Assembly: GCA_016218495.1 (NCBI GenBank)
Contig: JACRDU010000094.1
Location: forward strand, 42,608 to 106,607
Origin: Elusimicrobiota bacterium
GTDB lineage: Bacteria; Elusimicrobiota; Elusimicrobia; UBA1565
Length of the DNA: 64,000 bases
Reading direction: 5' to 3'
The translations under genes were made by a program, and so were the position numbers. The notes under the pieces were generated by a model that worked only from the letters and a program-made list of their open reading frames with translations, was not told where the DNA came from and did not search any database. Positions 21,201 to 27,420 of this stretch are shown in pieces. The first letter of the stretch is position 1. Every line of letters starts with the position of its first letter.

Positions 21201-24200
21201 TCTCCCCGGTCTCGACGCCGGCCCTGTTGCGCGCCTTGGCCTTGAACGAGTACTGCGTGTTCGGCTGCAGCCCGCTGAAGTGCCGCGCCCGCGCCATGTC
21301 GAACGACCAGGCCGTGCTGGTCACCGCCACGTCGGTGCCGCCTCCGGCCCCGTAGAGCTGGCCGTTCAAGACCGCCAGCCCGAACGCCGTGCGCGCCGGG
21401 GCCAGGCTACTGTACCTGGCCCAGGCGTCGACGGCGGGGTCATACTCCTCCACCAGCCCGCTGGCCGCGACGGGGTCCCGGCCCCCGACGACGTAGATCT
21501 TGCCGCCCACGGCCGCCGAGCGCCCCGCGTAGCGGGCCGGCGACGGCAAGACCGTCGGGGAGGACCAGGAGCCCAAGCCGGCGTCGAAGGCGGCGTGCAG
21601 GGTGGAGGGGACCCCGGAGGCCGTGCTACCCGCCACCAGGTAGACCTTCCCGCCCAGCGCGGCCGCGGCGCCTATCCCCCAGGCCGTCGGCACCGCCGTC
21701 CCGGTTGCCCAGGCACCCGCCGCCGGGTCGAAGGCCTCGTTGGCGCTCATCAGGTTCGACCCGCTCCAGCCGCCCAGCACGTGGACGCGGCCGTTGAGCT
21801 CGACGGCGCCCGCATAGGAGCGCGCCGTCGGCATCGCCGTCTTGCTGCTCCAGGCGTTGGCTGCGATGTCGTAGGCGTAGTTCGTCGTCAGCACCGGCCC
21901 GCCGCTGGCCCCGCCGACGACGTAGATGGTCCCCCCGACCCGCGCGGAGGCGAAGTCGGCGCGAGTGGCGGGCATGGCGGCCAATGCGCTCCAGGCCCCC
22001 GACGAGGGGTCGTAGGCCTCGGCGGAGGAGATGTAGGTGGTGCCGTCGTGGCCACCGTAAGCGTAGAGCCGGCCGGCGTAGGCGCAGAGGCCCGAGTTGT
22101 TGCGACCGGTGCTCATCGGGGGCAGCCACGCCCAGGCGTCGGACTTCCAGCCAGCGTACGCCCCGTCGCGGGCGATGTTGACCCCGCTCTGCCCGGCGTC
22201 TGAGCGCAGCGCCCCGGCCCCGGCGGCGTGGGCCCAGGCCACCAGGCTGTGCGAGGAGACCTCGTCGAAGAAGACCGCCGTCGGCGACTCGATGAGGGTG
22301 ACCGTGGAGCCCAGGGCGGTGAAGGGCCCGGAGAGGCCGGTGGAGACGCGCGCGTAGTAGCTGGTGTTGGCGCTCAAAGCCGAAAAGGATGCGGCGAGGT
22401 TCAGGGTCGTCGACGAGGCCAGGGTCCCCGAGAAGTCGGCAGCAGTAGACAGTTGAGCGGTATATTGGGTCCCGCCGGGGAAGCCCGACGCCCAGCCCGC
22501 CGTCAGGGCGGAGGTCCCCACCGAGCTCAAGCCCACGGCGGACAACATCCCGGGCTCCGCCACGAAGACGCTGCTCTCCGTGCCCCAGCCGCTGCGCGCC
22601 AGGCCGCCGTCGATGGTCTGCAGGCGGATGTAGTAGGTCGTCCCGGAGCGGATGTTGGCGGAGGCCGTGCCCAGGTCCACGCGGAAGTAGAGCCCGTGCT
22701 TGGCCGTCGCGTCCCCCGGCCAGACCCGGTAGGCCGGGCGCGGGTACGGGGTGTAGAGCGGCGAGCCGTTGTTCCAGGACACGGCGAAGCTCCCCGGCGA
22801 GGTCACGCGCAGGCCGTCGGGGGAAAGGGTCATCGGCGCGCTGGCCATGACCAAAGCGTAGGACAGGCTGGCCGTGGCCGAGGCCCCGTCGTAGGCCCCG
22901 GCGGCCCACTTGACCGTCATCGTCCCCCCGCCGGGCGCCAGGTCCAGGGTGACCGTATCCACGGCCGGGGCGCTGGGCGGCGCGTTGTACGGGGCCGCGT
23001 CGTTAAGCAGCAGGACTTCGTCCGTGCCTTGGTCCCAGTTGGCCACCAGCGCGTCCAGGTCCCCGTCGCCGTCGTAGTCCGCCCAAGCCGCGTCGACGCT
23101 GGCGTCGCCGGTCTCGGTCAGCAGGATTTTGGCGAAGACGCCACCGTCGTTGCGCAGCAGGTACTCGCGGGAATTCGTGCCGGACCCCGCCACGAGGATG
23201 TCCGCGTCCCCGTCGGCGTCGTAGTCGCCCACGGCCACGGCATAGGACGAAGAGGTGCCGGGGATGAGGGTCTTCACGAAGGCGCCGCCCGTGTTGCGCA
23301 GCAAGGCGATGTCGTCGAACCAGCCGTTGGCGACCACGGCGTCGAGGCGTCCGTCGCCGTCGAAGTCGCCCCAGGCCACATCTGCCGAGGAGCCTGCGGT
23401 ACCAGACAGGGTTACCGGGGTCAAGGTCCCGCCGTCGTTGCGCAAGAGGACCTCGTCGCCGGAATCGTTGGCCAGGATGGCGTCGAGGTCCCCGTCGTTG
23501 TCGTAGTCGCCCCAGGCGATGGCCTTCGTGTTGCCGCCGGTGCCTTCGATGGTGACGGCGCTCAGGACCCCGCCGTCGTTGCGCAGCAGGATTTCGTCGG
23601 CATCGGCCGGCGTCGCCTGCGCCAGCAAGGCGTCCGGGTCGCCGTCGTTGTCGTAGTCGCCCCAGGCCACGGCCACGCCCGACCCCGCCGTGCCGGGGAT
23701 GGTGACGGGCGCCCAGGTCCCCGCGTCGTTGCGCAGCAGGACGGCCCCCGAGTTGTCGCTGTTGGTGGCCAGCAGGGCGTCGAGGTCCCCGTCCCCGTCG
23801 GCGTCGGCCCAGGCCACGGCCCCGGCGTTGCGGGCGGAGGAGGTGATGACGACCTGGGTCAAGGTCCCGGCGCCGTCGTTGCGCAGGATGAGGGCGTCCA
23901 TGTTGGCGCTGTTGGCCACGAAGGCGTCCAGGTCCCCGTCCTTGTCGTAGTCCCCCCAGGCGACCCCGAAAGAGATTAGGCCGCTGCCCAGTTGGGTGCG
24001 CACGGAGAACAGCGGTGTGCGCGTGGAGCCCAGGACGGTGAAGGGGCCGGCCGGGGCCGTGGCCACGCGGGCGTAGTAGGTGGCATAGAGCGCCAAGCCC
24101 GTGAAGGTCGCCGAGAGGTTGAGCGTCGCCGACGAGGCCACGGTCCCCGAGAAGTCGGAGACTGAGGAGAGCTGGGCGGTGTATTGGGTGCCAGCCGGAT

Positions 24201-25332
24201 AGTTCGAGGCCCAATTGACCGTCAGGCTGGTGCCGAACACCCCCGAGAACGGGGCTGACGCGATGAAGGCGTAGGCGTCCTTCAGCACCCGGTAGTCCGC
24301 CCCGTTGCCCAGGCCGCTCAGGTAGACCCCGCCCGAGCCGTCGACAGCGACGCCGCGCGCCTCGCTGTTGACCGAGCCATCCGCATAGAGCGTCGTCGAG
24401 ACCAGGGTCCCGTCGGCGTCGTAGCGCCAGAGTCGGAAGTCGTTGGCCGACGCGCCGGCGGAGCTTCCCGCCGCGAAGACCCGGCCGCCGGCGTCCACAG
24501 CCACCGCATAGCCGAAATCGCCGCCGCTGCCCCACGTGCGCGACCAGGCCAAGGTCCCGGAAGGGCTGTACTTGAGGAGCAGGAAGTCGGGGCCGCTATA
24601 GCCGACGACATAGACATTCCCCGAAGCGTCGATGGTCACGCCCCGGGCCCGCTCCGATTGGCCCGTCGTGTAAGTGCTGAGCCAGACGATGTTCCCCGAG
24701 GGGTCGAACTTGATGGTCTTGATGTCGTCATTGGCATCGCCGTGGTGGCCCACCGCGTAGGCGTAGCCGGAGGCGTCGACGGCAAGGGCCCCCATTCCGT
24801 CGTTGAGGCCGCTGTCGTAGGAGCGGCTCCAGACCACGGCGCCCGTGGAGGCGTATTTGATCAATCGCCAGTCCGAACCGCTGGTGCCGCCGACGATGAT
24901 GGATCCGTCGGCAGCGCTACCCGCCCCCCAGGCCAGGTCCGTCCCCCCGCCGTCGTAGCTCCCCGTCAAGGCCACGCCGCCGGTGGAGGTGAACTTCACG
25001 AAGCGAAAGTCCAGGTTCGAGCCGTTGAAGGTCTGCCCCGCCGCGTACACGTTCCCCGCGGCGTCCAGCGAAAATCCCCCGGCCGCGTCGAGGTTGCCGC
25101 TGTCATAGGTCCAGGTCGACAGAATGACGCCGGCGGACGAGAGGCGGACGATGTTGATGTTGCTGCCGCTGTTGCCGGAGGTATAGACGGCGCCGGAGGC
25201 GTCCAAAGCCAACCCGTGCGCCGCCTCGGAATCCCCGCCGTCCCAGACCAGGTCCCAGAGCGGCGCCGCGGCGGCGTAATTAGGGAAAGCCGATGCCAGC
25301 AGGGACGCTAATAGGAAAGCCCGGGGTGACAT
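12250..25332 (-). CDS. Giant (4360 aa) secreted multidomain surface protein / adhesin-like T9SS cargo.
   Basis: Signal peptide MSPRAFLLASLLASAFPNYAAAA. SBBP-type beta-propeller repeats (DASGNVYVVG…). Seven FG-GAP/VCBS repeats (WGDYDNDGDLDA…RNDGG). Three 6-7-blade Kelch propellers (…YAYGGHDGT…, …YALGGW…). A PbH1-type right-handed beta-helix (repeated S.xNTI..S / NxxxxN ladders). >12 FN3-like modules with the recurring motif TAQLSTxSDFSGT…YYARV. The C-terminal 80 aa match the T9SS type-A CTD (…VTVYPNPYKP…VRITIYTLTGSEVASF…WDARNSSGEDVASGGYFAVIKS…VVVKIGVIR). Confidence 0.85.
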   Translation of the reverse strand: MSPRAFLLASLLASAFPNYAAAAPLWDLVWDGGDSEAAHGLALDASGAVYTSGNSGSNINIVRLSSAGVILSTWTYDSGNLDAAGGFSLDAAGNVYAAGQTFNGSNLDFRFVKFTSTGGVALTGSYDGGGTDLAWGAGSAADGSIIVGGTSGSDWRLIKYASTGAVVWSRSYDSGLNDGMGALAVDASGYAYAVGHHGDANDDIKTIKFDPSGNIVWLSTYTTGQSERARGVTIDASGNVYVVGYSGPDFLLLKYSPSGTLAWSRTWGSGGDFGYAVAVDAGGRVFAAGSSAGASANDFRLWRYDADGTLVSTTLYADGSVNSEARGVAVDGSGGVYLSGLGNGADYRVLKDAYAFIASAPFSGVFGTSLTVNWASNYPAGTQYTAQLSSVSDFSGTVASSATLNLSATFTGLALYATYYARVATAPAGPFTVLGSTRTPLFSVRTQLGSGLISFGVAWGDYDKDGDLDAFVANSANMDALILRNDGAGTLTQVVITSSARNAGAVAWADADGDGDLDALLATNSDNSGAVLLRNDAGTWAPVTIPGTAGSGVAVAWGDYDNDGDPDALLAQATPADADEILLRNDGGVLSAVTIEGTGGNTKAIAWGDYDNDGDLDAILANDSGDEVLLRNDGGTLTPVTLSGTAGSSADVAWGDFDGDGRLDAVVANGWFDDIALLRNTGGAFVKTLIPGTSSSYAVAVGDYDADGDADILVAGSGTNSREYLLRNDGGVFAKILLTETGDASVDAAWADYDGDGDLDALVANWDQGTDEVLLLNDAAPYNAPPSAPAVDTVTLDLAPGGGTMTVKWAAGAYDGASATASLSYALVMASAPMTLSPDGLRVTSPGSFAVSWNNGSPLYTPYPRPAYRVWPGDATAKHGLYFRVDLGTASANIRSGTTYYIRLQTIDGGLARSGWGTESSVFVAEPGMLSAVGLSSVGTSALTAGWASGFPGGTQYTAQLSTAADFSGTLASSTTLNLAASFSALSANTSYYARVSTGLSGPFTALGSTVTLIESPTAVFFDEVSSHSLVAWAHAAGAGALRSDAGQSGVNIARDGAYAGWKSDAWAWLPPMSTGRNNSGLCAYAGRLYAYGGHDGTTYISSAEAYDPSSGAWSALAAMPATRADFASARVGGTIYVVGGASGGPVLTTNYAYDIAANAWSSKTAMPTARSYAGAVELNGRVHVLGGWSGSNLMSANEAFDPAAGAWATGTAVPTAWGIGAAAALGGKVYLVAGSTASGVPSTLHAAFDAGLGSWSSPTVLPSPARYAGRSAAVGGKIYVVGGRDPVAASGLVEEYDPAVDAWARYSSLAPARTAFGLAVLNGQLYGAGGGTDVAVTSTAWSFDMARARHFSGLQPNTQYSFKAKARNRAGVETGESSAFSTYTWAAVPSTAAPAFIGVFATSVAVQWLANGNPGGTEFRVHLSTASDFNSGASSQTGSWQTSLVSTMTSLSALTTWYFRVQARNSVGVETAYGVLGSTRTTAYPAPPGCALSLDVAKAGAPFTTLTAALAAVPASLSAETCVVIRDSATYQEQVTVANKATNGYRLRILGDTALSSPPTVDPPAASTAAFQVKATSVSIETLRIAPSAAVNWGIAVTSGYVTVSRVLVESSTQVVVAAIDMESYGRVEFSTVAVGVGRAVYFNGASAHHNTLYRSTFSNASAANHTLWLSGPDNTILESSAHNTSGVAVMLGAVNSVMDRSTATAGAIGNYAASISAGSSSTTIARSFLRSSVGRGLSMGGSYHSVVESTITTTGTAEYGLAMAGVTHSTVSRAYIYSATGIAATLIAGANWNRIEDSTVIAGNLSAFVAQSSSFNTVSGSVLRSVIGSALSLTDLSDGNLVQGSTLAAYGTGGGASIDASSSNSITSCYIYSSSGTAMALSNGANANTIQQSTLLSDAPAAYALYMTTAASNSIVLNMIINTTGYAAFLGANANGNLIDRSTVTARSAGFSALYLDNASTNTISRSYLYSLAGNAVTFGFAASSNTLSKSTAAASGPTSKAFYLYSAPDTWVSDSWLLGGGYGVYAEFGQRALIARSTVTGSGSVPAFMVAGSSGISLRDSYVAGPDALDIFTGTGTLAERTAFHATGGSGRAVQLRGGSVGITLASTTLNALAVGLLVDATANGPLSIASMTVTASTGVQFQGGTHVATITAMEFLAAVSVNIDGSLLGAGSRITMRDYRGSKSGPGFENDPSGRVDWMYPPTISSGQFTGVFGTSVSVNWASGFPSETPYTAQLSTASDFSGTLTSSATLNLSAAFSGLSANTSYYARVSTVPSGPYTALGSTITLIQAPTAIVFDEISTTTLVVAAYSPTPAFTNLGAGLSGTNIAKDGVYAGWHGEAWTAKTAMASARYGLSAAAAGGRIYALGGWGVSALSTNAEYDPQANAWTAKAAMPSASNALGAVSLGGKIFAVGGEDSGGLLSVHQRYDPQTNSWSSAAALPSARTGVGAAVLGGKIYSLGGLGGSGYITAVDAYDPATDSWGSRGPLARINHAMAAAEVGGRLYSLAGYDGVTLSSGTRYDPGLDSWSAVSSAPFAVSYPAFAAIGGKIYLFGGSATAGPIGVTQEYDPSADAWALRTSLPTTRGRAAGAVIAGRAYVVGGVNGPALAANEEFDPGTARQFTGLSPNTQYTFTAKARNAAGTETGTVTASTYTAAAVPTGSAIAMVGGSSLTLSWGANGNPAGTEFQASVSTMGAFPSEAVGDWTAGATSATFTGLLASATYYARVRARNAVGVTTDYDAIQSTRTGVLTAWSLSSAPVSGVSVTGLALNWGSSFPVGTQYAAQVATAADFSGTLTSSATLNLSAAFSGLSANTSYYARVSTVPSGPYTALGSTITLIQAPTAIVFDEISTTTLVVAAYSPTPAFTNLGAGLSGTNIAKDGVYAGWHGEAWTVKAPLPAARYALAAAAANGRLYALGGWTTASVTANTEYDPFTDAWTTKAPLPAAANALAAVALGGAVYAVGGENSGGLLSGNRRYDPGANAWTSLQPLPSSRTGMGLAVLGRSLVGLGGLGASGYIAAVSAFDADAGAWSARASLPGINHAMAAAEVGGRLYSLAGYDGVTLSSGMRYDPGLDSWSTVSGAPFAVSYPAFAAIGGKIYLFGGSATAGPIGVTQEYDPSADAWTLRTGLPTARGRAAGAVIAGRAYVVGGTNGATLATHESYDPGTARQFTGLSPNTQYTFTAKARNAAGTETGTVTASTYTAAAVPTGIAFTMVSPSSLTFSWGSGGNPSGTQFQAAVSTLAGFGAETAGAWSADAFSASFAGLTPEATYYARVRARNAVGTATEYAASASTWTSEGPATRYWDGGGTSINASEAANWVGDRVPRSGDSVVFSTPLVKFTFFDLPLSLSSLTLSGSYGGPAVVATTGLVVGTVQLTTGVFQISNATVTVTGDVLMSGYGRFQWGNGRVRVGGNMRIDSPYCCAYSAGDMLEFYGSSYQVVTGTGRPQLPHVEVTNSSGAAFVHGATVEAHSFSLLAGTFTLGGAGNLRIGAWTQTGGYFNAQASTVTFMQMSAPNRASVAPLAGNPFKNLEVGFGTNGIAYLRALGPLELNGGVTITTGAFDGGAFTHRVRGDWLEPGGPAQFPAGTLRLTGTGEQRLRFSPFTALNALEAASQSSVTVQAGSTLTVAALSLGAPGLTPRLRLRSSTAGSPWYLVVTGTAAVSRAQVSDSDASGGIPIRAASGDSVNSGGNRNWDFGGAAPGAPGAPSGAALGASSVSWTWAAVAGAEGYQARVPATGALLAAPSAPAFVQTGLSPNSAVGLAVAAVAETRAGALSAAATVYTPALPPAGTAAAVSATSATLSWGLNGNPAGTLAEVQRSSDSASYASVFTGTTAVHADAGLQGCSTYYYRVRNRGLGGAFTAFDAVVSFVTLPSTPLGAGELSAESLPGSVIRLSWVSSPDPGLTGYRLYYDSGTGTVDYAAPLAALGASATSYTTGALANGVVYKFGLRALNRCGREEAGPGAVTAAPALGSLSGVRAAIKVPASGKRISGNRVLVMAELVSGEPERTRQVLFQYRASSGAAWTAIPAANLQHANPDADHPYFVHWDVTGLAPAEYDLRAVATDVFSNSDPSPGLVSVSVDPVNFEVRETDQGGGRVKKEQTVNNAVSNTIAAAESGSAVVTKVLIPAGAVSASTTVVTVQVNPAGAPSHAADVVSIGATLEVNLGSGQSLLAGGQTAALVFNYPDSDGDGVVDGTTLRAANLSIVTYDAPSGKWKKEFSASVDETARTVTGHTPHFSFFSLIGAVAANLSSVTVYPNPYKPSGGNPDEGRAFSRGDPLSGILFDNLPASVRITIYTLTGSEVASFGTDSGTGTVQWDARNSSGEDVASGGYFAVIKSPGAEPVVVKIGVIR
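15440..18650. repeat. Intragenic tandem duplication, two copies of ~1650 nt (~550 aa each: FN3-Kelch propeller-FN3-FN3).
   Basis: Near-identical DNA at a 1650-nt offset: 16741-16980 vs 18391-18630, 15841-16260 vs 17491-17910, 15680-15840 vs 17330-17490. The flanks (15351-15680 vs 17001-17330) are ~70-75% identical. A 107-aa protein stretch LSTASDFSGT…GEAWT occurs twice identically. Duplicated shadow ORFs appear in the track (16880 vs 18530; 16781..17299 vs 18527..19294). Confidence 0.85.
22950..24000. repeat. Array of 7 FG-GAP-type coding repeats (~150 nt period) within the giant gene.
   Basis: Protein repeats WGDYDKDGDLD / WADADGDGDLD / WGDYDNDGDPD / WGDYDNDGDLD / WGDFDGDGRLD / VGDYDADGDAD / WADYDGDGDLD, each followed by …LLRNDGG…. 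The periodic signature also shows in shadow ORFs 22228..23979(+) and 23003..24535(-). Nucleotide coordinates are approximate. Confidence 0.6.
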
Positions 25333-25352
25333 GGTCTCGGCGCGCCGCCCTC

Positions 25353-25381
25353 AGTATTGGGCCGCGACCACCGGCTGTCAA
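25353..25381 (-). promoter_or_regulatory. Putative sigma70-like promoter for the giant cargo gene (TTGACA-17-AATACT).
   Basis: Minus-strand reading: TTGACAgccggtggtcgcggcccAATACTgagggcggcgcgccgagaccATG. The -35 is a perfect TTGACA and the -10 matches 4/6. The ~20-nt leader contains GAGGG. Confidence 0.35.
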
Positions 25382-25446
25382 CGAGAAATTATCCTGCGAA
25401 TGACAGCTGAAAGCGTCGAAGATGTCATCCGTCAGGGAGCCCGACA

Positions 25447-25475
25447 TTGACAGGGAAGGACCTGCCGGTTAGATT
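25447..25475 (+). promoter_or_regulatory. Putative sigma70-like promoter (TTGACA-17-TAGATT) driving a leaderless or near-leaderless transcript of the 25481 gene.
   Basis: ttgacagggaaggacctgccggttagattctggcATG. The ATG begins 6 nt after the -10 hexamer, and there is no room for an SD. Confidence 0.4.
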
Positions 25476-25480
25476 CTGGC

Positions 25481-25978
25481 ATGAGACAATTACTCCTCGT
25501 CGCGCTCCTGGCCTGGGGCGGGTATTACGCGTTCAAACGGTTCGCCGTCGGCTCGGACGCGTATCAGGCCTATGCGAAATACTCGGAGGCCTACCGCTTC
25601 GGCAAGTGCCCGGAGCTCAAGGAGATGACCGAGGAGAACGCCCTGGCCGACGTGGAGCAGTACTGCGCCTCTTCCACCTTCATGGGCCGTCCGATGCCGT
25701 CGGCGGCGAGCATGGCCAATGACATGGCCATGACCCCTTCCGGGGTCATGCTCAAGATCGTGCGCAAGGTGGAATCCGAGACCAAGGACTCCTCTGGGGT
25801 GGTCACGCTCAAGCTGGTGGAGACGCTGGGCGGAAGCGCGGCGCGCGACCCGGCGTTCAACGCCGCGCCCAGGAAGGTGGTCGCCAGGCTCCGGAAGTCA
25901 GGAGGCGCCTGGAAGGTGCTGGAGGCCGTGAACCCCGACGCCCCGCCCGCGCCGGCGCAAGACGCGCCGGCCCAGTAG
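25481..25978 (+). CDS. Hypothetical protein with an N-terminal TM anchor.
   Basis: 165-aa ORF with N-terminal LLLVALLAWGGYYAF. It is divergent from the giant gene and convergent with the response regulator (3-nt gap). Confidence 0.5.
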   Translation: MRQLLLVALLAWGGYYAFKRFAVGSDAYQAYAKYSEAYRFGKCPELKEMTEENALADVEQYCASSTFMGRPMPSAASMANDMAMTPSGVMLKIVRKVESETKDSSGVVTLKLVETLGGSAARDPAFNAAPRKVVARLRKSGGAWKVLEAVNPDAPPAPAQDAPAQ

Positions 25979-25981
25979 CGC

Positions 25982-26680
25982 CTATTTCTCGCCTTCGGCC
26001 ACGTACACGTAGCCGAAGCCCTTCACCGCCATGATGCGCTTCTGCAGCATCACCGGCAGGGCCTTGCGCAGGCGGTTCATCAGGATGTCCAGCGCGCGCG
26101 AGAGCTCGGGGCGCTGGCGGCCCTCCACCACGGAGAACAGCAGGTCCTTGTTCACCGGCTCCGGGCTGCGCTCGAGCAAGGCGTAGAAGAGCTCGAAGGT
26201 CTTCGGCGTCAGGCTGGCCACCTGCAGCTCGCGGAAGAAGACCTTGCGCGTCTCCATCTGCAGGGTGACATCGCCCTTCTTGAAGAGGTTGAGGTCCAGC
26301 TCCCGGCGGCGGAACACGGCGCGCAACGTGGCCAGCAGCTCGGCCGGGTTGTCGTTCTTTTGGACGAAGTAGTCGGCCCCCCACTCCAGCCCCATGATCT
26401 TGTCCTTGCGGTGGGCCGTGATCATGACGATGGGCGTCTTTCCCAGGGCGGGGATGGAGCGCACCATCTTGCAGACCTCCATCCCGTCCATGTCGGGCAG
26501 GCCCAGGTCCAGCAGGATGCAGTCGGGCAGGGCCTTGCGTGCCAGTTCGATGGCCTCGGCCCCGGTCTTGGCCAGGTAGAGGTCCTGGTAGCCGGCGTGC
26601 TTGAGCCAGACCTTCAGCAGCTCCTGCCACGCCGGGAAGTCCTCGACGATGAGGATCTTCTGGGTACCTCCCGATTCCAT
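25982..26680 (-). CDS. OmpR/PhoB-family two-component response regulator (REC plus a winged-helix DNA-binding domain).
   Basis: KILIVEDF…DCILLDLGLPDMDG…TPIVMITA (phospho-acceptor Asp context), and C-terminal trans_reg_C-like …KTFELFYALLERSPEPVNKDLL…VKGFGYVY. No cognate kinase is adjacent. Confidence 0.85.
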   Translation of the reverse strand: MESGGTQKILIVEDFPAWQELLKVWLKHAGYQDLYLAKTGAEAIELARKALPDCILLDLGLPDMDGMEVCKMVRSIPALGKTPIVMITAHRKDKIMGLEWGADYFVQKNDNPAELLATLRAVFRRRELDLNLFKKGDVTLQMETRKVFFRELQVASLTPKTFELFYALLERSPEPVNKDLLFSVVEGRQRPELSRALDILMNRLRKALPVMLQKRIMAVKGFGYVYVAEGEK

Positions 26681-26801
26681 GCCCGCAGTGTATTGGAAAA
26701 GCTTCTGTTTTTCAATGCTATTCTAAGGAGCCCCAAAATAGATGGAACCAAATCGGGGGGGTGCGCGTACTAGCATCAGGGGAACCCCCCTGGAGGTTGT
26801 G

Positions 26802-27302
26802 ATGAAGACCATGATGACGCTGGCTCTGCTGGGAGTCCTCCTCGCGCCCGCCGCGGCGCGAGCCGACGACACGAAAGCCCCCCCGCCCGCCGCCGAGAAG
26901 GAGGGTGCGCGGCCCGACAAGGCCGAGCGGGCCGAGATGCGCGAGAAGGGCAGCGCCTTCCGAAAGGAACAGGAGGCCCGCCGGCAGGGATTCCGCGAGG
27001 GCCAGAAGGCCGAACGCGAGAAGTTCAAGGAATCGCTCAAAGACCTCAAAGGCCCCGAAGCCAAGGCCGCCAAGGCGAAGTTCAAGGCCGAGCAGCAGGC
27101 CAAACGCGAGGCCTTCCAGAATGAACAGAAGGACCGGCGCGAGCAGTTCAAGAAGGAGAACCCCAAGCTGGCCGAGCGCTGGGAGAAGCAGAAGGCGCGC
27201 CGCGAAGAGATGAAGGAACGGCGGGAAGAGCGCCGCGAGAAACACGGCCGACCCGGCGCCGACGAAGGCAAGGACCATCCGGAGACGCCGAAAAAGCCTT
27301 GA
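26802..27302 (+). CDS. Secreted, highly charged K/E/R-rich repeat protein (periplasmic helical protein, function unknown).
   Basis: Start MKTMMTLALLGVLLAPAAARA (signal peptide; GGAGG before ATG). Repeated …(A/E)KxKFK(A/E)ExxxK… motifs. It lies downstream of an AT-richer intergenic region shared with the regulator. Confidence 0.5.
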   Translation: MKTMMTLALLGVLLAPAAARADDTKAPPPAAEKEGARPDKAERAEMREKGSAFRKEQEARRQGFREGQKAEREKFKESLKDLKGPEAKAAKAKFKAEQQAKREAFQNEQKDRREQFKKENPKLAERWEKQKARREEMKERREERREKHGRPGADEGKDHPETPKKP

Positions 27303-27420
27303 CCACCCTAGCCCCGGGCCCGGCCGGAGGGCCGGGCCCGGGGGGCGCGTTTGACACGGCCGCCGCCCGGCGGGTATGATGTTTCTGCTGGAAAGAGAAA
27401 GATTTTTCAGCGGAGGACCC

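Noticed and set aside
26681-26801. AT-richer intergenic region between the response regulator and the charged secreted protein; a candidate promoter (TTGGAA…TGCTAT).
   Set aside because: The hexamers are weak or ambiguous. Only the RBS (GGAGG) is clear, so no promoter feature is called.
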